Source: Candidatus Nanopusillus sp.
Lineage (GTDB): Archaea > Nanobdellota > Nanobdellia > Nanobdellales > Nanobdellaceae
Length of the DNA stretch: 14,526 bases
Direction: 5' to 3'
Assembly (NCBI GenBank): GCA_046533775.1
Contig: JAWDOO010000011.1
Span: 1-14,526, forward strand
In this document: positions 6,675 to 13,211 of the stretch, in pieces
How the letters are laid out: the number at the start of each line of letters is the position of its first letter
How positions within the stretch are numbered: position 1 is the stretch's first letter
Notes under the pieces: model-generated
Seen by the model: only the letters and a program-made list of their open reading frames with translations
Database searches by the model: none
Told to the model about the DNA's origin: nothing
Position numbers and translations under genes: made by a program

Positions 6675-8177
6675 ATGGATATTAAATCATTAATAAAAAA
6701 TTTGAGAATTTTAATATTTATTATAATTTTTATTGCAGCTTTAGTATTTGATGTATATGCATTAACTAATAATAAGATAGAAGTTACTTCTAGTACTATT
6801 TTACCAAACGGTACATATATATATTCAATAAATGGTTGCCAAGTAAATTCAATAAATTCTTATTATACATGTATATATAATAATATTAACTCTCCATTTT
6901 TACAAATAAGTACAAGTAATGGAAATATTGTTTTAGAACCATACCAATATCAATTATTAATAAATGAAACAAACATTACACAAACCTCTTTAATATCTTA
7001 TGGAATAGATATTGCTGGGGGTTATTTATTAATATTAAATTCTTCAAAACCGCTAACTCCTCAAGAATTATCAATTGCAGCAAAAGTAATTGAAAATAGA
7101 TTAAATTCTTTTGGTGTTAAATCAATAGATATATATCCAACATCTGAAGGATATATAATTGTTGAATTGCCATATTCTGAAGGAAATTTAATTCCATATA
7201 TAATTAGTCAAGGAGAATTTTATGCAAAAATTGATAATATAACAGTATTTAACGGTTCAGAAATAAAACCTTTGTTTGGAGGACAATATTCTGGTTTATT
7301 AGGATGTTCTCCAGTAGGTAATCAATATGTATGTACATATTATTTTACATTATTATTATCACCACAAGCTGCTAATAATTTTGCACAAGCTACACAAAAT
7401 TTATCTGTAGTATTACAAAATGGAGGTGCATATTTAAGTGAACCAATAGTATTCTATCTAGATAATCAAAATGTATCAACATTATTAATTGCTGCAAATC
7501 TAAAAGGTTCAAATACGCAACAAGTAAGTATTCAAGTATCCGGAACTGGAAATTCTATTGCACAAGCACAATATAATGCATATCAACAAGCATATAATTT
7601 ATATATAATATTAGAAAATGGACAATTACCTTCAAAATTTAATATTGTTCAGGAATCTATAATTCCACCAATATTTGGATATTATATATTAAAATCTTTT
7701 GAACTAGTACTATTATTAATATTTATTGGAATATTTGCAATACTATATACAGTATATAGAAACATAAAAATACCTGCATTGGTTACATTAACATTAGTAT
7801 CAGAATTTTTAATTGCATTTGCAATAGGTATTGCAATTCATCAAACATATGATATTCCAGCATTTATTGGTATAATATTTGGAACTGCTACAGGTATAGA
7901 TGATCAATTAGTTGCTGCTGAAGAAATATTAAGAGCAAAAAAAGAAGGAAATAATGAAGTAAAGACAGATAATGTTGAAAGATTGGATAAAGCAATCAAA
8001 AAGGCTATGTTTATTATACTATTAGCAATTATATTAGAAACATTGTCAGTATTACCAGCATTTGTAGCTGGTTTATCATTATATAAAGGATTTGCAGTTA
8101 TGGTAATAATTACAGTTTGGATAGGATATCTAATAACAAGACCAGCATTTATTAATTTAGCAAAAAATCTACTTTAA
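6675..8177 (+). CDS. secD: SecD-like protein-export membrane protein (SecD/SecF RND-type)
   Basis: 500 aa. It has an N-terminal TM helix and a large extracytoplasmic domain containing GIDIAGGYLLIL...AAKVIENRLNSFGVKSIDIY...GYIIVELP (SecD P1 signature). The C-terminal 5-TM bundle contains GTATGIDDQLVAAEEILR and ends ITRPAFINLAK. No secF is adjacent. Confidence 0.6.
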   Translation: MDIKSLIKNLRILIFIIIFIAALVFDVYALTNNKIEVTSSTILPNGTYIYSINGCQVNSINSYYTCIYNNINSPFLQISTSNGNIVLEPYQYQLLINETNITQTSLISYGIDIAGGYLLILNSSKPLTPQELSIAAKVIENRLNSFGVKSIDIYPTSEGYIIVELPYSEGNLIPYIISQGEFYAKIDNITVFNGSEIKPLFGGQYSGLLGCSPVGNQYVCTYYFTLLLSPQAANNFAQATQNLSVVLQNGGAYLSEPIVFYLDNQNVSTLLIAANLKGSNTQQVSIQVSGTGNSIAQAQYNAYQQAYNLYIILENGQLPSKFNIVQESIIPPIFGYYILKSFELVLLLIFIGIFAILYTVYRNIKIPALVTLTLVSEFLIAFAIGIAIHQTYDIPAFIGIIFGTATGIDDQLVAAEEILRAKKEGNNEVKTDNVERLDKAIKKAMFIILLAIILETLSVLPAFVAGLSLYKGFAVMVIITVWIGYLITRPAFINLAKNLL

Positions 8178-9005
8178 TTTTTTATAATAATCTCTCATTC
8201 TAATTGCATCTTGCTCAATATTTGGAGATTCTGAAATTACAACACCTTTAACTTTATATTCTTTTAATAATCTTAATATATCTTTCCAAGGTATATCTGA
8301 TTCTTCTAAATTTAAATGCGTACCTTTTTTATCTAAGGTTATACCAGACATATGAATGTGCATATTATCTAAAGCTTCTCTTCCAAGCTCATTTTCCATT
8401 TTATCTAATATTTCCCTAAAATAATCTATATCATTTCTATTATTTCTATATCTTAAATGAGCAAAATCTATTGCAGGTAAAACATTTTCTATATCTTGAG
8501 ATAATTTTATTATTTCATCTATATCACCAAATTTTTTTGGTAATTCCATTGTTTCTGGTCTTATATAAATATCAATACTTTCATCCTTTAATTTATCCAT
8601 TAGTTTCTTTAGATTTTCTTTTACTATATTATATGTTTCCTCTTTTGAATTATTTAAATACCAACCTGGATGAAAAACAACAGAATATCCTCCAGATAAA
8701 TATAATAATCTTGCAGCATTATATAACATATCTATTGATTTATTTATTTTTGATTCCTCTGTAGAATTTAAATTAATATAATATGGTGCATGACATGTTA
8801 ATATAAATTCTTTATCTTTTATATATTCATTTATATTATTTGCAACATCCTCTTTTAATTTTACACCATATGTAAATTCTATTTCAAATCCATCTAAATT
8901 TAATTCTTCATATGTATATATAATCCCATTTAATGTATCTCTTTTTTTAGAAGATAGGGGAACTCCTGCAGGACCAAAATGCAACTTCTTTGGATGTTTC
9001 ACCAT
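8169..9005 (-). CDS. nfo: Endonuclease IV-like AP endonuclease (xylose isomerase-like TIM barrel, family 2)
   Basis: 278 aa. Metal-ligand-type motifs occur in the expected order: CHAPYYINLNS, VVFHPGWY, IRPETM, IDFAHL, MHIHMSG, VISESP. Its 3' end overlaps the secD 3' end by 9 nt (convergent). Confidence 0.7.
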   Translation of the reverse strand: MVKHPKKLHFGPAGVPLSSKKRDTLNGIIYTYEELNLDGFEIEFTYGVKLKEDVANNINEYIKDKEFILTCHAPYYINLNSTEESKINKSIDMLYNAARLLYLSGGYSVVFHPGWYLNNSKEETYNIVKENLKKLMDKLKDESIDIYIRPETMELPKKFGDIDEIIKLSQDIENVLPAIDFAHLRYRNNRNDIDYFREILDKMENELGREALDNMHIHMSGITLDKKGTHLNLEESDIPWKDILRLLKEYKVKGVVISESPNIEQDAIRMRDYYKKLK

Positions 9006-9036
9006 AATATATATTATAATATTTTGAAAGTTAAAT

Positions 9037-9064
9037 TTTTTGGTTAAAAATATTTTACCAAAAA
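9037..9064. repeat. 28-bp inverted repeat / hairpin (TTTTTGGT-N12-ACCAAAAA with 3 further inner pairs)
   Basis: 9037-9044 pairs perfectly with 9057-9064, including the only two G-C pairs in this spacer. After one mismatch, 9046-9048 pairs with 9053-9055. Its centre is about 45 bp upstream of the nfo ATG and about 50 bp downstream of the trmI stop. Confidence 0.5.
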
Positions 9065-9102
9065 TATCATGCTTTTAATATAAAATTTCCAAATTAATAA
9101 TT

Positions 9103-9108
9103 AAAAAA
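9103..9108 (-). terminator. Oligo-T (T6) tract immediately downstream of trmI
   Basis: Forward AAAAAA at 9103-9108 is TTTTTT on the minus strand, 5 nt after the trmI stop (TAA, 9115-9113). This is the typical archaeal termination signal, though the AT-rich background makes it weak evidence. Confidence 0.4.
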
Positions 9109-9112
9109 TTAT

Positions 9113-9844
9113 TTATATCTTTCTAAATAATACTAGAAATTCTGTATGAACCAATTCCAAATTTCTTGGTCTAAGAATTTTTCCCTTTTCATATATCCAT
9201 TTTCTATAAAAATTTTCATATACTCCAATAAATAAGAATTTATTATTTGAATCTAATAACTTTAATACTGAAGTTATGTTTGGTAAGAAAGATACTAAAT
9301 ATCCACCAAATTTTAATGAATTATATGCATGATCTAATGTATTCCATGGATCTGGTATATCCAATATTATTAAATCTATATTTTTTTCATCAATTCCTTC
9401 ATTAATATTTTTTAATTTTAATTCAACATAATCCAATAATTTTAATTTTTCTAAATTTTTCTTTGAAATATTATAAAAATCCTCCCTAATTTCATATGAA
9501 TATATTTTTCCATTTGGTCTTACAGAATTTGCCAAATATGATGTTAATATCCCAGAACCAGTTCCTCCTTCTACAATTCTCATTCCTGGATAAATATTTA
9601 CTAAAGAATATAATAATCCTATATCTTTTTCATGAATTGATTGTGGTCCCCTTTTTAAATATCTAACTATATCATTAAAATTATCTTCTAATATTAAAAA
9701 TTCCTCATTTAAATGCGATTTAATTATACTACCAGGTTCTTTATTTAAATCTTCTTTTTTTATTATCCCAAAATTTGTATTAAAATCTTTATTTTTATCT
9801 TCTATATAAAATTTCTTACCAGTTTTTCTATGAATTATTATCAT
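9113..9844 (-). CDS. trmI: tRNA (adenine-N1)-methyltransferase TrmI (m1A58, m1A57/58 in archaea; Gcd14 family)
   Basis: 243 aa. SAM-binding motif VEGGTGSGILTSYLA, then GKIYSYEIREDF and DLIILDIPDPWNTLDHAYNSLKFGGYLVSFLPNITSV, which is the characteristic TrmI/Gcd14 D-x-P-x-P-W segment. Confidence 0.85.
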   Translation of the reverse strand: MIIIHRKTGKKFYIEDKNKDFNTNFGIIKKEDLNKEPGSIIKSHLNEEFLILEDNFNDIVRYLKRGPQSIHEKDIGLLYSLVNIYPGMRIVEGGTGSGILTSYLANSVRPNGKIYSYEIREDFYNISKKNLEKLKLLDYVELKLKNINEGIDEKNIDLIILDIPDPWNTLDHAYNSLKFGGYLVSFLPNITSVLKLLDSNNKFLFIGVYENFYRKWIYEKGKILRPRNLELVHTEFLVLFRKI

Positions 9845-10004
9845 AAATTTCTTTATATAGAAAACATATATGAAAAATGTGTTTGTATTCTATATAAAAT
9901 TTTTAATTATAGTTATCCTATTATAGTAACTACAATATATAATGATTATACTTTAAAAATAATTTATGAAACTTATAAATAGCCCATATTATTTAAAAAT
10001 ATTT

Positions 10005-10604
10005 TTACAACATTTTTATCGCAGATATAATTATATCTATTGATATTGCTAATAATATTAAACCTCCCAATTTATTTAAAATAATTAAATTCTTTTTTCC
10101 AGCTTTTTCTAATATTAAAGTACTATTATAAATTATTACATAAGAAATTAAGAATGCTAAAGACATTGATAAAAATAGATATATTAAATTAAGATTTTCA
10201 GATGTATATATTAATGTTGTTGTAATAACACCTGGACCTGTAATTAATGGGATTGCCAATGGAGTTGCAATAATATCTTCTAAAGATTCGTTATTATCTT
10301 TTATATTTACATGAGATGGTATATCTTTTACCAATATTTCAAATGCAATATAAAATAAGAATATTCCTCCAGCTATTCTAAAATCTATTAAATTTATTCC
10401 TAAAATTATTAAAAACCAATTACCAAATAAAAATATTATTAACCATAATATATATGCAATTAAAAATGCTCTATTGATTACATATCTTTTTTTATCTAAA
10501 TCTAATCTTAGAGAATCGAAAATAGATTCAAAAACAAATATGTTTGGAATAGTTCCCAATATAATAAACATAGTAATAAATACATTAATATAATTCTCTA
10601 TCAT
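10005..10604 (-). CDS. MarC family (UPF0056) integral membrane protein
   Basis: 199 aa with six predicted hydrophobic segments. Family-typical motifs: N-terminal FIILGTIPNIFVF and central ATPLAIPLITGPGVITT. Confidence 0.8.
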   Translation of the reverse strand: MIENYINVFITMFIILGTIPNIFVFESIFDSLRLDLDKKRYVINRAFLIAYILWLIIFLFGNWFLIILGINLIDFRIAGGIFLFYIAFEILVKDIPSHVNIKDNNESLEDIIATPLAIPLITGPGVITTTLIYTSENLNLIYLFLSMSLAFLISYVIIYNSTLILEKAGKKNLIILNKLGGLILLAISIDIIISAIKML

Positions 10605-10680
10605 AAATTAAAATACCTTTATGACTTTTTTAAAATAAATATATTTTTGAAAAATTATTTCATAATTTTAAGATATAATG

Positions 10681-10689
10681 TTTATAAAG
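10681..10689 (+). promoter_or_regulatory. Consensus-like archaeal TATA box (TTTATAAAG) about 25 bp upstream of the ATG at 10710
   Basis: Close match to the TTTAWA-type TATA consensus. The spacing fits a leaderless transcript starting at or near 10710. Confidence 0.4.
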
Positions 10690-10709
10690 ATTATATTTAC
10701 TATTATATA

Positions 10710-10956
10710 ATGACACTTACATTTTTAGATAATCTTTTAATAGAAAAAGAATATGAAAAAATTAATAATTATTTAAAAGAAAGAAATATATATAAAAAAT
10801 CAAAATAATTATAGAAAAATACAAATACCAGAAGACTTAATATTATATTTTCTTTCAGGAGTTCTATTAATCTGGACAACAATTTATAATTATGATATAA
10901 TATATACACCCATATATTTTATAACATACGCTACAGAGTTAGGTTATAGAATATAG
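10710..10956 (+). pseudogene. Candidate frameshifted small membrane-protein gene: 32-codon ORF plus an out-of-frame 60-codon open frame
   Basis: ATG at 10710 opens MTLTFLDNLLIEKEYEKINNYLKERNIYKKSK*, with the stop at 10806-10808. The +1 frame is open from 10777 to the TAG at 10954-10956 and has no ATG/GTG/TTG. It encodes ...QNNYRKIQIPEDLILYFLSGVLLIWTTIYNYDIIYTPIYFITYATELGYRI, which includes a TM-like segment. The two frames overlap around the A6 run at 10794-10799. Confidence 0.3.
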
Positions 10957-11044
10957 AAGACTAAACAATATATTGCCACAGTCTCTATCCTTTTAGATCT
11001 ATTTACATACAAAAGAAATATTTAGAAAAATAATAAATAAATCA

Positions 11045-11548
11045 TTGAATGAATTTTATTCTAACAATATAGAAATAAAAGAAGGCACTATTACTGCAAT
11101 TAAACTTTTAGAATATAGTATAGTAGATTATCCAATATATACAGACAAAAATAAGAAAAATATAGAAGAAATTATATCAAAAATTACTGTAGATAATGTT
11201 TTAGCTCATGAAATAGCACATATAATTATTGGTAAAAGTGATATAAAAGCCTCTGATTTAGAATATTTAATATATCTAGATATGAATAACTTCCTAGATG
11301 CAAATGATCTATATAAGCATGAAAAAACTAAAGAAGTTATAAGAAAAAATGTAAAAAAATGTGTAGAATATGTCAAGAATAAAAAAAGATATAATCCTTA
11401 TGATATAGAAATATGTTATGCAAATATTACTTTATATGAAAATAACTTTTCAATAGATATAAAGAAGGAAATAGAAAAACTTAGGCATATGAAGAATAAA
11501 GATATTATAAATGAAATAAAAAATTATGCTCTTAATTATTTAAATTAA
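11045..11548 (+). CDS. Hypothetical protein with HExxH motif (putative small zinc metallopeptidase, ImmA/IrrE- or SprT/WLM-like)
   Basis: 167-aa ORF. The first canonical start is TTG at 11045; the frame is open from 10997 and the first in-frame ATG lies downstream of the motif. VLAHEIAHIIIG has HEIAH at 11207-11221, about 55 residues from the N-terminus as in small HExxH peptidases. The rest is K/N/I/E-rich with no other recognisable domain. Confidence 0.45.
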   Translation: MNEFYSNNIEIKEGTITAIKLLEYSIVDYPIYTDKNKKNIEEIISKITVDNVLAHEIAHIIIGKSDIKASDLEYLIYLDMNNFLDANDLYKHEKTKEVIRKNVKKCVEYVKNKKRYNPYDIEICYANITLYENNFSIDIKKEIEKLRHMKNKDIINEIKNYALNYLN

Positions 11549-11591
11549 TAATATTTAAAACTTTTTTGAATTAAACTATATATGAACCTAG

Positions 11592-13211
11592 ATGGGAAGA
11601 TATAATAATAAAGATTTTTCTATTAATATCTATAAATTAAATTCTACAATTAATTATGCTATGGAGAATAAAGATCTATCCAAAACTGGTTTAGAGATAG
11701 ATATTGTAGATAGATTAAAAGTATTAGAAAAAATGAAAGAAAAAGGATATAATCCATATCCGTATGAATTTGATAAAACGAATGATGTAAAGGAAATAGT
11801 AAATGATCCTAATAAATTTATGGATAAGTATGTTAAAATTGCCGGAAGAGTTTATTCAATTAGAAAACATGGTGGAATTGTATTTTATGATATAAAAGAG
11901 GAAGGTTATAGAATACAGGTTGTTATTAAAAAAGATATAACAAAAAATTTTGAAGATGCATATGGATTTATTCAAAGAGGAGATATAATTGGTGTATATG
12001 GTAAAGTAGGAAGAACAAAAGCTGGAGAATTATCTGTATTTGCTGAGGATTGGATTATATTAACAAAAGCATTAATATCTTTACCAGATCAATGGTATGG
12101 ATTTACCGATGTAGAAGAGAGATATAGAAAAAGATATTTAGATTTATTAATGAATGATGAAGTAAGAAGATATTTTGAAATAAGATTTAAAACAATAAGT
12201 TATATAAGAAAATATTTTGAAAATTTAGGATATATAGAGGTACAAACTCCAGTATTACAACCAATATATGGGGGAGCAAATGCAAAACCTTTTATTACAT
12301 ATGTAAATGATTTAAAAGAAAATTGGTATTTAAGAATTGCTACAGAACTATATTTAAAAAGATATCTTGTTGGTGGATTTAATAAAGTATTTGAAATTGG
12401 GCCAGATTTTAGAAATGAATCAATAGATGTAACTCATAATCCGGAATTTACAATGTTAGAAGCATATGAAGCATATGCAAATAGAGATAAAATGATGGAA
12501 TTAGTAGAAAATTTAATATATGGAATTGCAAAAGATGTTATTGGAAAAGATTATATTGAATATAATGGTAAAAAGATATCATTAAAACCTCCATGGAAAA
12601 GGTTAACAATGTATGATGCATTAAAGGAATATGCAAATATAGATGTAACAAAATTATCAGATGAAGAAATAATAGAAATAATGAAACAAAATAATATTCA
12701 ATTAGAATTAAAAGAATATAATAGGGGTCTGGCAATTACTACATTATTTGAAGAATTGGTTGAAGATAAATTGATTGAACCAACATATATTATAGAACAT
12801 CCAAAAGAGAGTACACCTTTATGTAAATTAAGTAGAAAAGATCCTTCATTAGTTGAAAGAGCAGAAGGATATATTTTAGGAGTAGAAGTTACAAATATAT
12901 ATTCTGAATTAAATGATCCAATATTACAAAATAAATTATTATTGGAACAAGCAAAAATGAGAGAATTGGGATTTGAAGAAGCTCATTTATATGACCAAGA
13001 CTTTGTAGAAGCATTAATGTATGGAATGCCACCAACAGGAGGAATTGGAATAGGTATAGATAGAGTAATAATGCTATTATTAGGAATAAAAAGTATAAAA
13101 GAAGTTATACCATTCCCAATGGTTAAGAAAAAAATAGAAAGTGAAGCAGCAAATATTTTAACAAAATATACAATAGAAAATCCGATCGTAAAAGGTTACG
13201 AAAAATATTAG
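11592..13211 (+). CDS. lysS: Lysyl-tRNA synthetase, class II (bacterial/eukaryotic type)
   Basis: 539 aa that aligns by eye along its whole length with E. coli LysS: OB-fold anticodon-binding region VKIAGRVYSIRKHGGIVFYDI, RYRKRYLDLLMND, motif 2 GPDFRNESIDVTHNPEFTMLEAY, YSELNDP, motif 3 PPTGGIGIGIDRVIMLL. An alternative start at ATG 11661 (MENKDL...) would give a more typical length. Confidence 0.92.
   Translation: MGRYNNKDFSINIYKLNSTINYAMENKDLSKTGLEIDIVDRLKVLEKMKEKGYNPYPYEFDKTNDVKEIVNDPNKFMDKYVKIAGRVYSIRKHGGIVFYDIKEEGYRIQVVIKKDITKNFEDAYGFIQRGDIIGVYGKVGRTKAGELSVFAEDWIILTKALISLPDQWYGFTDVEERYRKRYLDLLMNDEVRRYFEIRFKTISYIRKYFENLGYIEVQTPVLQPIYGGANAKPFITYVNDLKENWYLRIATELYLKRYLVGGFNKVFEIGPDFRNESIDVTHNPEFTMLEAYEAYANRDKMMELVENLIYGIAKDVIGKDYIEYNGKKISLKPPWKRLTMYDALKEYANIDVTKLSDEEIIEIMKQNNIQLELKEYNRGLAITTLFEELVEDKLIEPTYIIEHPKESTPLCKLSRKDPSLVERAEGYILGVEVTNIYSELNDPILQNKLLLEQAKMRELGFEEAHLYDQDFVEALMYGMPPTGGIGIGIDRVIMLLLGIKSIKEVIPFPMVKKKIESEAANILTKYTIENPIVKGYEKY

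Noticed and set aside
6069-6686. DUF99 and SecD-like proteins both start with MDIK and have a nearby RIL(G/I)
   Set aside because: The similarity covers only a few residues and disappears afterwards. This is coincidence in a biased composition, not duplication.
7016-7023. GGGGGTT string resembling the tRNA T-arm (GGGGGTTCGAG)
   Set aside because: Only about 7-8 nt match. The string lies in frame in secD, encoding the conserved IAGGY of the SecD signature, so it is not a tRNA fragment or att site.
8471-8764. 97-aa plus-strand ORF inside nfo
   Set aside because: It is an antisense, low-complexity ORF, and the nfo frame contains the ordered metal-binding motifs.
9870-9926. 18-codon hydrophobic mini-ORF (MKNVFVFYIKFLIIVILL) in the trmI-marC spacer
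   Set aside because: It is too short to distinguish from chance in AT-rich DNA. Its ATG sits inside the palindromic CATATATG (9865-9872), which is better explained as the trmI TATA box, about 25 bp from the trmI ATG.
11207-11233. Possible metzincin/archaemetzincin signature (HExxHxxGxxH) in the HExxH orphan
   Set aside because: The sequence is HEIAHIIIGKSD. The Gly is one position too late and there is no third His, so the metzincin pattern is not met. Only the generic HExxH claim is kept.
12538-12735. 65-aa minus-strand ORF inside lysS
   Set aside because: It is an antisense shadow ORF, and the lysS frame aligns with class II LysRS throughout.
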